Below are positions 37,757 through 48,786 of a DNA stretch of 64,000 nt, piece after piece; the stretch's first letter is position 1, and every line of letters starts with the position of its first letter. The position numbers and the translations under genes are program-made. The notes beneath the pieces are model-generated. The model was not told where the DNA came from. It worked only from the letters and a program-made list of their open reading frames with translations, and made no database searches. Source of the DNA: Bacteroidota bacterium (lineage in GTDB: Bacteria > Bacteroidota > Bacteroidia > Chitinophagales > Chitinophagaceae); contig JAHEFI010000047.1 of the NCBI GenBank assembly GCA_024640255.1, forward strand, positions 16,689-80,688, written 5' to 3'.

Positions 37757-39688
37757 TTGAAAAAATATCTTTTTCTTGCTTTTGTCCTTTTATTACAAAG
37801 CACTGCTATAAGCGTTATGGCTCAATCAGATAGCATTGTAAATATTTCTGTAAAAGCTATTGAGAAAAACGATTCTACTTATACTATACAGTCTTCTTTA
37901 ATATTAAAGAATGGATGGCATGTGTATGATAATAATAAAGAAGGAATAACTGCACCCACTATTAACGCATTTATTGAGTCTGCACAATTTTTGGGACAGG
38001 TACAATTTCAAACTAAGGCAGTTGAACAAAATGATATTTTATTTGGCAAGGCCAAAGTATTTAATAAAGAACTTTCTTTTCAACAAGATATAGTTATTCA
38101 TGGTTTTCAGCCAGATAGTTTAAAAGGCTTGTTGGTTTTAAATGTGGGTAAGGGAGATCAGTTCTTGGCTTTGGAATTGCCTTATAGTGCAGCCTTAGCT
38201 AATGGAACCAAAGTGGCTAATTTTCAAATGGTCTTACCAGTTTCCGCAACTACTGCTAAAGAAGGTGCTTGTGGCGATGTGCAAACAAGCGCAGATGCAT
38301 CTGCTTGGTCTGTTTTCTTCTTAGGCTTTTTAGGTGGACTAATTGCTTTGATTACTCCTTGTGTGTTTCCAATGATTCCAGTAACGGTTTCTTTTTTCAC
38401 TAAACGTTCTAAAACAAAAAAAGAAGGTATCAAGAATGGCGTATTATATGGCTTAAGTATATTCTCCATTTATATATTAGCAAGTGTGCCTTTTCATATT
38501 ATTGGAAATGTGCAACCCGAAATATTTAATAGTATTTCTACCAATGCCACTTTAAATATTATATTCTTTATTGTATTTATCTTTTTCTCTATTTCCTTCT
38601 TTGGCTATTTTGAAATTACCTTACCAAGTGGCATTGCTAATAAAGCAGATGCAAAGAGTGGACTAGGAAGTTTGGGTGGTATATTTTTTATGGCCATCAC
38701 TTTAGCCATTGTTTCTTTTTCTTGCACTGGTCCTATATTAGGAACCTTATTAGTAGGCTCTTTACAAGGGGGTGCATGGGCGCTAACACAGGGTATGGCA
38801 GGATTTGGTTTAGCATTGGCATTGCCTTTTACCTTATTTGCTATTTTTCCAGGATGGTTACAAAGCATTCCCAAGTCTGGTGGATGGTTGGATACGGTTA
38901 AAAAAATATTAGCTTTTCTAGAATTAGCCTTGGCCTTTAAGTTTTTATCCAATGCCGATTTAGTGCAACATTGGGGCATTTTAAAAAGAGAAGTATTCTT
39001 AGGTTTATGGACATTGATTAGCTTGGGTTTAACTGCTTATTTATTAGGTTGGATTAGATTACCACATGATGTAAAAGGAGCAAAGATTGCACCCACTAGA
39101 AAAGTATTAGCATTAATAAGTTTTACATTTGCGATCTATGTAGGTCAAGGTATACCAGCTAGTAGATCCGGTTCTTTACAACTATTAAGTGGCTTCCCTC
39201 CGCCTACTTCATATAGTTTGTATGCATCAAGTAACCATTCCAAAACTGGATTGCATGCACAGGTAGTAAATGATTACACTAAGGCATTGGAAATGGCTAA
39301 AGCTGCTAATAAGCCACTATTAATAGATTTTACTGGATGGGCTTGTGTGAATTGTAGAAAAATGGAAGAGAATGTTTGGGTAGATCCTGCAGTGAAAACA
39401 TATATCGAAGAAAACTTTATTCTTGTTTCTTTATATGTGGATGATAGAGCGAATCTTCCGATAGAAAAAAGATTTACCTATACCAATGCAGCTGGTCAAT
39501 CAAAAGATATCAAGACACAGGGCGATTTATGGGCTACTTTCCAATCAGAAAATTTCAAGCAGGTTACCCAACCCTTATATGTGGTATTAAGTCCACAACA
39601 GGAATTGTTATCTAATCCAGTAGGTTATACCCCTAATGTACAACAGTACTTAGCTTGGTTACAATGTAGTGTGAAAGCTGGTAAGTAA
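37757..39688 (+). CDS. dsbD: Thiol:disulfide interchange protein DsbD
   Basis: TPCVFPMIP and SFSCTGP TM cysteines, thioredoxin DFTGWACVNC; TTG start. Confidence 0.92.
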   Translation: MKKYLFLAFVLLLQSTAISVMAQSDSIVNISVKAIEKNDSTYTIQSSLILKNGWHVYDNNKEGITAPTINAFIESAQFLGQVQFQTKAVEQNDILFGKAKVFNKELSFQQDIVIHGFQPDSLKGLLVLNVGKGDQFLALELPYSAALANGTKVANFQMVLPVSATTAKEGACGDVQTSADASAWSVFFLGFLGGLIALITPCVFPMIPVTVSFFTKRSKTKKEGIKNGVLYGLSIFSIYILASVPFHIIGNVQPEIFNSISTNATLNIIFFIVFIFFSISFFGYFEITLPSGIANKADAKSGLGSLGGIFFMAITLAIVSFSCTGPILGTLLVGSLQGGAWALTQGMAGFGLALALPFTLFAIFPGWLQSIPKSGGWLDTVKKILAFLELALAFKFLSNADLVQHWGILKREVFLGLWTLISLGLTAYLLGWIRLPHDVKGAKIAPTRKVLALISFTFAIYVGQGIPASRSGSLQLLSGFPPPTSYSLYASSNHSKTGLHAQVVNDYTKALEMAKAANKPLLIDFTGWACVNCRKMEENVWVDPAVKTYIEENFILVSLYVDDRANLPIEKRFTYTNAAGQSKDIKTQGDLWATFQSENFKQVTQPLYVVLSPQQELLSNPVGYTPNVQQYLAWLQCSVKAGK

Positions 39689-39692
39689 TTTA

Positions 39693-40274
39693 TTACATAG
39701 TCATGCCGCGCTCGTTCATCATCTTTCTTAGATTGATTAAACCATAGCGCATTCTTCCTAGTGCAGTATTAATAGAACAATTGGTCATTGTTGCAATTTC
39801 TTTAAAGCTTAGGTTGGCATAATGTCTTAAAACAATAATCTCTCTTTGTTCTTCTGGTAATAAGTCAACTAGTTGTTGAATATTTTGATGCGTTTGCTTA
39901 CGCGTCATTTTATAGTCAGCAGAATGATCTGAGTGATTGATTACTTCAAAAAAATCTTGGTCATCACTGGTTCTGATGGTAGGAGTTCTTTTTACTTTTC
40001 TAAAATGGTCTACACAAAAATTATGTGCAATTCTTAAAGCCCAAGGTAAAAACTTACCTTCTTCGTTGTATTTTCTTTGTTTAAGATTATCGATAATCTT
40101 TATAAAAATTTCTTGAATCAAGTCTTCAGCTAAATAACTGTCTTTTACCATAAACAAGATGGTATTGTAAATACGCTCTTGGTGACGATCCAAAAGGGCG
40201 TCAAAGGCTCTAGTATTTCCTTCTTGAAAAGATTGGATTAATTCGTTGTCTGTTAGGTCAAGAACTTTGTTCAT
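39693..40274 (-). CDS. ECF RNA polymerase sigma factor
   Basis: AEDLIQE.F, F.PW..RIAHN..VDHFR and LSFKEIA..INTALGRMRY motifs. Confidence 0.93.
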   Translation of the reverse strand: MNKVLDLTDNELIQSFQEGNTRAFDALLDRHQERIYNTILFMVKDSYLAEDLIQEIFIKIIDNLKQRKYNEEGKFLPWALRIAHNFCVDHFRKVKRTPTIRTSDDQDFFEVINHSDHSADYKMTRKQTHQNIQQLVDLLPEEQREIIVLRHYANLSFKEIATMTNCSINTALGRMRYGLINLRKMMNERGMTM

Positions 40275-40415
40275 TAGTGTTTTTTTATAGTGTTCGATCT
40301 AGGCTGGGTTAGGGCCTTTTGGATTGGTTACGGAAATTACTAGCTAAAACAACCCAAATTTGAAATGTGGGAAAGAAGAAAAGCTTTTTTAGGATATCCA
40401 CATTATTTTTGTGCC

Positions 40416-43199
40416 ATGGCGAATGACATACAAGTAGTAGGAGCAAGGGTACATAATTTAAAGAATGTGTCTGTGGAGTTTCCCCGTAATCAATTGATTG
40501 TGGTAACTGGGGTTTCAGGTAGTGGTAAGTCTTCGTTAACCATTGATACCTTATTTGCAGAAGGACAAAGACGCTATGCAGAGAGCTTATCATCTTATGC
40601 AAGACAGTTTATGTCTAGAATGGGTAAGCCAGATGTAGATTATATCAAAGGATTATGTCCTGCCATTGCCATTGAGCAAAAAGTGGTTACCAGAACCCCA
40701 AGAAGTACCGTGGGGAGTATGACAGAGATTTACGATTACTTAAGGGTGTTTTTTGCAAGAGTGGGTAAGACCTATTCTCCTATTAGTGGACATGAAGTAA
40801 AGAAGCATGATGTACAAGATGTAATTGCTTATATACAAGCAGGAAAGAAAGGAGATAAAATGGTATTGTTGGTCAACTTTAAGCAACAATCCAAAAGAGA
40901 TATTCAGGAAGAGTTAAACATATTATTACAAAAAGGTTTTTCTAGAATTTATTTAAGATCTGCAAAGAGCGAATCTACCATCCTTAGAATAGAAGAGGCT
41001 TTGGAGATGAATAAGACAGCTTTGAATAAACAGTTCAAAGAGCATGAAGTGTATGTACTCATTGATAGAATTGTGGTAAAAGATTTTGAAGAAGATGATA
41101 TCCATAGATTAAGTGATTCCATTGCAACCGCATTTTATGAGGGCGATGGAATTGTGTGGGTAGAAAAAAACAATGATAGCTTACAAGACTTTAATAATAA
41201 GTTTAGTTTGGATGGAATGGAATTTGATGAGCCTAGTGCTAATTTGTTTTCTTTCAATAATCCTTATGGAGCTTGTCCCACCTGTGAAGGATATAGTCAG
41301 GTTTTGGGTATTGATGAAAACTTGGTTATACCTGTTCCAACCCTTTCTGTATATGATGGAGCAGTGGCACCATGGAAAGGAGAGAAATTAGTTTGGTGGA
41401 AGGATCAATTTGTAAAAGAAGCTGGGAAGAATGGATTTCCCATACACCAGCCCATTAATAAATTAACCAAAGAGCAATACAAGCAATTGTGGAAGGGTAC
41501 GGGCAAAGCTTTGGGTATAGATGATTTTTTTGCAGATGTAGAAGCACATTTATATAAAGTACAATTCAGGGTTTTATTAAGTAGGTATCGTGGTAGAACC
41601 AATTGCCCGGATTGTAATGGTTATAGATTAAGAAAAGAAGCTTATTATGTACAAATTGGCGGAAAGCATATTGGAGAATTATGTGCCATGCCTATTAAGG
41701 ATTTACAAGTATGGTTTAAGGAATTGCATTTATCTAAAAACGATGCAGAGATTGCTAAAAGAATTTTGATAGAACTTGAACAAAGAATACAAACATTAAT
41801 GGATGTGGGCTTGGGTTATTTAACCTTAAGCAGATTGGCGAATAGTTTGAGTGGAGGAGAAAGTCAGCGTATACAATTAACCAGATGTTTGGGATCTAAT
41901 TTAACCAACTCATTATACATTTTGGACGAACCATCCATTGGTTTGCATTCAAGAGATACAGAAAGATTAATTAAAGTATTACAAAACCTAAGAGACTTAG
42001 GTAATACTGTGGTGGTGGTAGAACACGATGAACAAATTATGCGCAAAGCAGATCATATTATAGATATGGGTCCACTAGCTTCACATTTAGGAGGAGAAGT
42101 AGTGGCGGTAGGCAATGCCACTGCATTAATGAAAGATAAAAACAGTTTAACAGGTAAATATTTAAAAGGCACATTGAGTATTCCCGTGCCTGAGAAAACT
42201 AGAGTATCAAAATATAGCATTACTTTAAAAGGCGCCTACTTACACAATTTAAAAAACATTGATGTACAATTCCCTTTACATAGTTTATGTGTGGTGAGTG
42301 GAGTGAGTGGTAGTGGAAAAACTACTTTGGTAAAGCAAGTATTTTATAATGCATTGCTTAAAGCCAAACAATTACCTACGGAGATAGTGGGTGGTTACAC
42401 TGAATTAAAAGGTGACCTGCATTTAATTGATGAAATTGAAATGGTGGATCAAAATCCAATTGGTAAATCTTCCAGATCCAATCCAGTAACTTATATCAAA
42501 GCGTATGATAGCATTAGAGATTTGTATGCAAGACAAGCACTATCAAAAATCAGAGGCTTTGCTGCCAAACATTTCTCTTTTAATGTGGACGGAGGAAGAT
42601 GTGATACTTGTAAAGGAGAAGGAGAGCAATTGGTGGAAATGCAATTCTTGGCAGATGTGCATTTAGAGTGTGAGGATTGTGGTGGTAAGCGTTTTAAAGA
42701 AGCAGTATTAGAAGTACAGTATAAAGGAAAGAGTATACATGATGTGTTAGAAATGAGTGTGGATGAAGCAATGGAATTCTTTGCAGAAGAAAAAAATATC
42801 ACTACCGCTATTAACCCATTACAAGAAGTGGGATTGGGCTATGTGAAATTGGGACAAAGTAGTAATACATTAAGTGGTGGTGAAGCGCAGCGTGTAAAAC
42901 TCGCTAGCTTTTTAGGAAAAGGAAAAGCAAGTAGTAAGATGCTATTTATTTTTGATGAGCCTACTACTGGTTTACATTTTCATGATATACATAAATTATT
43001 AAAAGCCTTTAACGCTTTAATAGATCAAGGCCATAGCTTAGTAGTAGTGGAGCATAATACTGATATTATCAAAGCCGCCGATTGGGTAATTGATATGGGC
43101 CCTGAAGCCGGTGAACTAGGTGGACAGGTAGTTTACGAAGGTGTCCCTTCTGGATTAGCTAAATGCAAGAGTTCACAAACAGGGAAATATTTATCTTAA
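40416..43199 (+). CDS. uvrA: Excinuclease ABC subunit A (probable second Bacteroidota paralog)
   Basis: GARVHNLKN, two Walker A motifs (GVSGSGKS/T), LSGGE twice, FSFN..GRC; ATG at 40416. Confidence 0.95.
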   Translation: MANDIQVVGARVHNLKNVSVEFPRNQLIVVTGVSGSGKSSLTIDTLFAEGQRRYAESLSSYARQFMSRMGKPDVDYIKGLCPAIAIEQKVVTRTPRSTVGSMTEIYDYLRVFFARVGKTYSPISGHEVKKHDVQDVIAYIQAGKKGDKMVLLVNFKQQSKRDIQEELNILLQKGFSRIYLRSAKSESTILRIEEALEMNKTALNKQFKEHEVYVLIDRIVVKDFEEDDIHRLSDSIATAFYEGDGIVWVEKNNDSLQDFNNKFSLDGMEFDEPSANLFSFNNPYGACPTCEGYSQVLGIDENLVIPVPTLSVYDGAVAPWKGEKLVWWKDQFVKEAGKNGFPIHQPINKLTKEQYKQLWKGTGKALGIDDFFADVEAHLYKVQFRVLLSRYRGRTNCPDCNGYRLRKEAYYVQIGGKHIGELCAMPIKDLQVWFKELHLSKNDAEIAKRILIELEQRIQTLMDVGLGYLTLSRLANSLSGGESQRIQLTRCLGSNLTNSLYILDEPSIGLHSRDTERLIKVLQNLRDLGNTVVVVEHDEQIMRKADHIIDMGPLASHLGGEVVAVGNATALMKDKNSLTGKYLKGTLSIPVPEKTRVSKYSITLKGAYLHNLKNIDVQFPLHSLCVVSGVSGSGKTTLVKQVFYNALLKAKQLPTEIVGGYTELKGDLHLIDEIEMVDQNPIGKSSRSNPVTYIKAYDSIRDLYARQALSKIRGFAAKHFSFNVDGGRCDTCKGEGEQLVEMQFLADVHLECEDCGGKRFKEAVLEVQYKGKSIHDVLEMSVDEAMEFFAEEKNITTAINPLQEVGLGYVKLGQSSNTLSGGEAQRVKLASFLGKGKASSKMLFIFDEPTTGLHFHDIHKLLKAFNALIDQGHSLVVVEHNTDIIKAADWVIDMGPEAGELGGQVVYEGVPSGLAKCKSSQTGKYLS

Positions 43200-43592
43200 T
43201 CTATCCGCTGCTTTTACCATGCTTTCGTCTTTGTAAATACGAATCACAGAAAGTATTTGTAGGATAGGCATTAAGAATATACCTACTGAAGGAAGAGTGA
43301 AGCCTCCGCCTGGATGCGCCAATACTACCTTGTAAATAAAGAAACCAATTAAGCCAGATAGCATTAGGTTTACCAATACTACTTTTAATTGTAACATTCT
43401 ATTACCATATAAGAAGATGGTAATAAATGATAAGCATGCACTAAAAGCCAAGGTAATTAAAGTGCTGTATTGCTGGCTACCATCTACTTCAAAAGCAGTT
43501 GGTACAGGCGTATAATAAAAAGGTAAGCGCAAAGCCGAGAAAGCTGCTGCGCTTGCTAATAATAAATAGATTGATTGAATTCTTTGTATCAT
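43191..43592 (-). CDS. DUF4293 family membrane protein
   Basis: MIQRIQS.YLLL start and I.KDE..VK.ADRLR end. Confidence 0.85.
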   Translation of the reverse strand: MIQRIQSIYLLLASAAAFSALRLPFYYTPVPTAFEVDGSQQYSTLITLAFSACLSFITIFLYGNRMLQLKVVLVNLMLSGLIGFFIYKVVLAHPGGGFTLPSVGIFLMPILQILSVIRIYKDESMVKAADRLR

Positions 43593-43610
43593 TCTATAAA
43601 GTTATACTAA

Positions 43611-44891
43611 TTATCCTAACTCTGGGTACAATACAAATTGCTCCATGAATTTGTTAACTTCTTTTCTGGTGTTTGCTAAAACTGTTTCATTGTCTGCATT
43701 CATTAAAGCAGTGTCAATAGCATCTACTACAAATGGAATATGAGATTCATTCATTCCTCTTGAAGTAATCGCTGCAACACCAAAACGAATTCCAGAAGTA
43801 ACAAAAGCAGATTTGTCATCATAAGGTACCATATTCTTATTAGCAGTGATATCTGCCATACCTAAAACCTGTTCTGCTTTCTTACCACTAATATTTTTAT
43901 TTCTTAAATCAATCAACATTAAATGATTATCAGTGCCACCACTGATAATTTCATATCCTTTAGCCACAAAAGCAGCCGCCATGGTTTGCGCATTTTGTTG
44001 AACCTGCTTAGCGTATACTGTAAAATCATTTGATAAGATTTCACCAAAAGCAATGGCTTTAGCAGCAATCACATGTTCTAATGGTCCACCCTGTGTTCCA
44101 GGGAATACAGCCATATCAATTACGTTTGACCATAATCTTAAATTACCTTTTACATCTTTTAATCCTAAAGTATTCTCACCATCTTTCGCCATCATAATCA
44201 CACCACCTCTTGGTCCACGCAAAGTTTTGTGTGTAGTAGAAGTCACAAAATGACAATGATTAAATGGAGAGCTTAATAATCCTTTCGCAATTAAACCAGC
44301 TGGGTGAGCAATATCTGCTAACACAAATGCACCCACTTCATCTGCAACTTTTCTGATACGAGCGTAATCGATATCTCTACTATATGCACTTGCACCACAG
44401 ATAATCAATTTTGGTTTATGTTGTCTTGCTTGAGATTCCAACATTTCATAATCAATCAAACCTGTTTCTTTTACTACTCCGTAGAAATATGGCTTGTAAG
44501 TTTTACCTGAGAAATTCACTGCACTTCCGTGAGTTAAGTGACCACCCATGCTTAAATCTAAACCAAGAATAGCGTCACCTGGTTGTAATATCGCTAACAT
44601 TACTGCTGCATTTGCTTGAGCACCACTATGTGGTTGCACATTCGCGTATTCTAAACCGAAAATTTCTTTTAATCTGTCAATAGCTAATTGCTCTGTCTTA
44701 TCTACAATCTCACAACCACCATAATATCTTTTTCCTGGATAACCCTCTGCGTATTTATTAGTCATCACACTACCCATGGCTTGCATTACTTGTAAGCTGG
44801 TAAAGTTTTCAGAGGCGATCAATTCAATTCCACGTCTTTGACGAGCTAATTCTTGATTAATAATGTCGAATACTAGGGTATCTCTTTGCAT
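43611..44891 (-). CDS. glyA: Serine hydroxymethyltransferase
   Basis: [23 protein letters not shown] and [12 protein letters not shown] motifs; ATG at 44891. Confidence 0.97.
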   Translation of the reverse strand: MQRDTLVFDIINQELARQRRGIELIASENFTSLQVMQAMGSVMTNKYAEGYPGKRYYGGCEIVDKTEQLAIDRLKEIFGLEYANVQPHSGAQANAAVMLAILQPGDAILGLDLSMGGHLTHGSAVNFSGKTYKPYFYGVVKETGLIDYEMLESQARQHKPKLIICGASAYSRDIDYARIRKVADEVGAFVLADIAHPAGLIAKGLLSSPFNHCHFVTSTTHKTLRGPRGGVIMMAKDGENTLGLKDVKGNLRLWSNVIDMAVFPGTQGGPLEHVIAAKAIAFGEILSNDFTVYAKQVQQNAQTMAAAFVAKGYEIISGGTDNHLMLIDLRNKNISGKKAEQVLGMADITANKNMVPYDDKSAFVTSGIRFGVAAITSRGMNESHIPFVVDAIDTALMNADNETVLANTRKEVNKFMEQFVLYPELG

Positions 44892-45055
44892 AATTGGATA
44901 TTTATAAAGTGGGATATTTTTGCAAAAATAATCCATTATAAAGCCTAGGCAAAGCTTTCTTTGAACAATTGCTCGCCTAATATCCACAATTTGGGTGAAT
45001 TTGGGCTCAAACTAACACATATTTGCTATTTTTACCCACCCCAAAAAATAACCGA

Positions 45056-46048
45056 ATGAAGGCAATTATTCCAGTGGCTGGTGCAGGTGCAAAATTACGC
45101 CCTCATACTTATACGCAGCCAAAGGCATTGATACCCATCGCAGGCAAAACCATATTAAGTTTTATTGTAGATCAACTAAGAGAGGTAGGTATTGATGAGT
45201 TCATTTTTGTTGTTGGCTATTTAGGAGACAAGATTCAAGATTATGTAGAGCAAACCTACCCTAATCTAAAGAAGCATTTTGTAAACCAAACAGATAGACA
45301 AGGAACCGCTCATGCCATTGAATTAGCTAAATCAATAGTTGGGGATGATGAAGTATTTATTTCTCTAGGAGATACCATTTGTGAATTTGATATTAGAGAG
45401 GTAATGGAAAGTCCTTATAGTATGTTGGGAGTTAAAAAAGTGGATGATCCAAGAATGTTTGGTGTGGCTGAAATTAATGAAGAAGGATTTATTGAACATA
45501 CGGTTGAAAAGCCATCTATTCCAAAATCAAATACTGCCCTAGTAGGTTTATATAAGATTAAAGAATCAGCTATTTTATTTGATTGTTTCCAACAATTATT
45601 TGTGGAGAATATTAAATCTAATGGAGAATATAATTTGACAGACGCATTGGATTGTATGATCAAAAAAGGAGTGCAGTTTAAATCTTTCAAAGTAAAAAAC
45701 TGGTACGATTGTGGTAAGAAAGAAAATTTATTAGAAACCAATGCTGTTCTTTTAAAGAAGACAGGTGGAATTACTATTAATCCAGAAAATTATATCAATA
45801 GTATTATCATACCTCCAGTAAGTATCGCTGATGGATGTGTAATTGAAAATTCTATTATTGGTCCACATGTAACTATTGGCAATAACACCACTGTAAAAAG
45901 CTCGGTAGTAAAAGAGAGTATAATTGGCTCTTACACTTCTTTGGATGAAGTGGTTTTGGATAATTCATTAATAGGAAGCGATGCTTCTGTTAAAGGATTA
46001 AGCAGAACTTTAAATATTGGAGACAATACCGAGATTGATTTCGGTTAG
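45056..46048 (+). CDS. Sugar-phosphate nucleotidyltransferase with C-terminal left-handed beta-helix
   Basis: IPVAGAG.KLRPHT..PKAL, VEKP and WYDCG motifs; hexapeptide-like C-terminus. Confidence 0.9.
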   Translation: MKAIIPVAGAGAKLRPHTYTQPKALIPIAGKTILSFIVDQLREVGIDEFIFVVGYLGDKIQDYVEQTYPNLKKHFVNQTDRQGTAHAIELAKSIVGDDEVFISLGDTICEFDIREVMESPYSMLGVKKVDDPRMFGVAEINEEGFIEHTVEKPSIPKSNTALVGLYKIKESAILFDCFQQLFVENIKSNGEYNLTDALDCMIKKGVQFKSFKVKNWYDCGKKENLLETNAVLLKKTGGITINPENYINSIIIPPVSIADGCVIENSIIGPHVTIGNNTTVKSSVVKESIIGSYTSLDEVVLDNSLIGSDASVKGLSRTLNIGDNTEIDFG

Positions 46049-46800
46049 CCTTTATAAATTGTCGTAGAATTTCCTTGTGCTGTACAGGTTACTACTAAAT
46101 CATTAATACAAACATGTGCAGGTGTATTAGCTACATACCAAATAGTATCAGCTATATCTTCTGCTTTTAATGGTGTATAGCCGGCATAAACTGCATCTGC
46201 TTTAGTAGCGTCTCCTTTGAATCTAACTAAACTAAATTCTGTTTCCACGGCTCCAGGATGCACAGCAGTTATTTTAACGCCATGGGGTAATAAATCTATT
46301 CTTTGTGCCTTAGAAATAGCATCTACTGCGTGTTTTGTTGCGCAATACACGTTACCATCTTTGTAAACTTCTTTACCCGCTGTACTACCAATATTAATGA
46401 TATGACCTTTTTGAGCAATGATAAAAGGTAACACTGCTTTGCTTGCATATAATAAACCTTTTACATTGGTATCAATCATGGTTTCCCAATCTTCTAAATT
46501 AGCTTCGTCAAATGGCTCTCTTCCTAAAGCTAAGCCTGCATTATTTAATAATACATTGATGGCTTGCCATTCTTTTGGCAAATTTCCTAAATGTTCAAAG
46601 ACCGCTTTTTTATCTTGTACATCAAAAACCAAGGACAAGGTTTTTACGCCATATTTTTTTTCAATATCACTAGCAACATTGGCTAGTTGTTCTTTTCTTC
46701 TTGCAGTTACAATCAAATCCCATCCACCTGCTGCAAATTTTTCTGCTGTTGCTTTTCCTAAACCAGAACTAGCTCCGGTAATTAAAATAATTTTTGACAT
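46045..46800 (-). CDS. SDR oxidoreductase (YdfG-like)
   Basis: TGASSGLG, NNAGLALG, YCATK and PGAVETEFS motifs. Confidence 0.9.
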   Translation of the reverse strand: MSKIILITGASSGLGKATAEKFAAGGWDLIVTARRKEQLANVASDIEKKYGVKTLSLVFDVQDKKAVFEHLGNLPKEWQAINVLLNNAGLALGREPFDEANLEDWETMIDTNVKGLLYASKAVLPFIIAQKGHIINIGSTAGKEVYKDGNVYCATKHAVDAISKAQRIDLLPHGVKITAVHPGAVETEFSLVRFKGDATKADAVYAGYTPLKAEDIADTIWYVANTPAHVCINDLVVTCTAQGNSTTIYKG

Positions 46801-46802
46801 AT

Positions 46803-47642
46803 TTATTTTGTTATTGCGTCTTGAATAAATTGATGCATTGCTTGGTTCACTTGGTCAGTTGCCTCCAACATACCCATATGGCCCACTTGCTCTAAGATAA
46901 GAACATTTTTTTGGGGTAAAAGTTCAATTTGAGCCTGGCTATCTTCAAAAGGAACTGCGATATCTTCTTTGCCCACAATCATCCAAATTGGAATACGTTT
47001 TTGAGTAAGCATATGTGTATGTGCTCTTCTATTGCGCATGGCAAATACAAATTGCATCATGGCTTCTTTGCTAATATCACTTGCACTATCAATGACCGTT
47101 TGAATAGTTCCTGGATGCTTTTCTTTAAAGGGGTTAGCAAATAAATTAGCAGTGGCCGTTTCTAAATATTTAAGGGTGCCGTATTCTTCTAAAAATTCTG
47201 CCACTTTCAATCTGCTTGCTTTTTTGGCATCAGAATCTGCATAAGTAGTGGAATGAATTAATCCTAGGCCCATTACATGATTAGTATAATAATCTGCAAA
47301 TGCCAGTCCAATATATCCACCCATGCTATGACCCATTACATAATATTGTTCAATATGCAAATGGTGCATTAACTCATGCATCACTTCAACATACATATTG
47401 ATTTGTGGTAATTGGCTATGATGAATGCTTAATGGCTTGCAATGCACACCTGGTAAATTTGGGGCAATGACTCTATAATATTTAGAAAGGTATTCAATTT
47501 GAGCATCCCAAATGTTGTAATCTTCTCCAAAACCATGAATCAATAAAACAGTGGGTTGATTTCCTTTGCCCGAATCAAAATAAGCTAATTGGTCTACTCC
47601 GTAATGATAATAATGAAGCTTTGGATTATTGGAACCTTGCAT
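46803..47642 (-). CDS. Alpha/beta hydrolase
   Basis: LIHGF, GHSMGG nucleophile elbow, GKED and GHM motifs. Confidence 0.9.
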   Translation of the reverse strand: MQGSNNPKLHYYHYGVDQLAYFDSGKGNQPTVLLIHGFGEDYNIWDAQIEYLSKYYRVIAPNLPGVHCKPLSIHHSQLPQINMYVEVMHELMHHLHIEQYYVMGHSMGGYIGLAFADYYTNHVMGLGLIHSTTYADSDAKKASRLKVAEFLEEYGTLKYLETATANLFANPFKEKHPGTIQTVIDSASDISKEAMMQFVFAMRNRRAHTHMLTQKRIPIWMIVGKEDIAVPFEDSQAQIELLPQKNVLILEQVGHMGMLEATDQVNQAMHQFIQDAITK

Positions 47643-48780
47643 CTCTTCCTCTTTTAATTAATCTAATAGCCAATACCAAGGCTAAACAAATTACTACTAT
47701 TACTGCTTGAGAAAAATGCTGAGGTATCCAGTAATTACCTAGCATGAATAAAATGGTAATACTAAAAAATAGCCAACCTAAATAGCCTGTCCATTTTCTG
47801 GAAATAAAATAAGTAACCAGTGCGATTAAATAAAATGGATGAAGCCACAATAAATTATAGTTTTCATGACAGGCAGTGTGCATGGAAAACTGACTCATGT
47901 ATAAAACCAATAAGCCGCCTATTCCAAATAATAGTAATAAACTAATATCTATCAATTTTGCTAAGAAAACTGCAGGTCTTGCATTCCAATTGGCAGCCAA
48001 TATATAAACCAACAATAAAACCATCAATATATAAATAGGCATGATGCCTTTTTCTACAGGTTTGATTTGGTATTTGATATGATTGGTCTTCAAGACCAAT
48101 TTGGGATTATTAGCCACTCTATTATATAAGAGTTTTGGAAGAAATGCTTCTTCAAAAGCATTGGGTTTTCTATCTGATACCGCACCCAATAAAAGATCAA
48201 TTCCTAAACCAATCCATGGCTGCCCACCTTTATAAGTAGGAGATACTATTTGCTCTCTATAATTAGGCACATTGATTAAACTGTCATTTAAACTAGCGTA
48301 TTTAAAAATGCCATCTTTAATTCTGGTAGTACAATTGTCTGAGATAAAATTGTATAAATAAAAACGATTATCACCCACCATATTGGTTTGTAAAGCCTGA
48401 TACCATTTTACTTTCTCCCTATTGGAGATATTCAAAACTTGTTCGTGTACATCTCTTTCGAAATATTGGTATTCGTATAAGAAGTTTTGATAAGTATCTG
48501 CAGAAATAAAATACAACAAATTACCTTTTACAAATTTTGCAATAAAGTTGGGTGTATTAAAATCAAAACTACCATAGTTGTACACTATATCAGTATGGTT
48601 CACACTGTCAACAACCCTAATAGCAGTATGTCCCCAAATAGTATAAAGATCTTCCCCTGCGTCACAGGTGATTAAACTAAAACGCAGTTTAGCATCTTGA
48701 GTGCTATCCTGCGCTTGAATGGTAGGGCTTATCCAAAATTGAAAAGCCAATACCAAAATGAAAAAAAATATTTTTTTCAT
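47626..48780 (-). CDS. DUF4105 protein, candidate Lnb-type lipoprotein N-acyltransferase
   Basis: WGHTAIRV, YNYGSFDF and YNFISDNCTT motifs; signal peptide and C-terminal TM helices. Confidence 0.8.
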   Translation of the reverse strand: MKKIFFFILVLAFQFWISPTIQAQDSTQDAKLRFSLITCDAGEDLYTIWGHTAIRVVDSVNHTDIVYNYGSFDFNTPNFIAKFVKGNLLYFISADTYQNFLYEYQYFERDVHEQVLNISNREKVKWYQALQTNMVGDNRFYLYNFISDNCTTRIKDGIFKYASLNDSLINVPNYREQIVSPTYKGGQPWIGLGIDLLLGAVSDRKPNAFEEAFLPKLLYNRVANNPKLVLKTNHIKYQIKPVEKGIMPIYILMVLLLVYILAANWNARPAVFLAKLIDISLLLLFGIGGLLVLYMSQFSMHTACHENYNLLWLHPFYLIALVTYFISRKWTGYLGWLFFSITILFMLGNYWIPQHFSQAVIVVICLALVLAIRLIKRGRDARFQ

Positions 48781-48786
48781 TGATAA

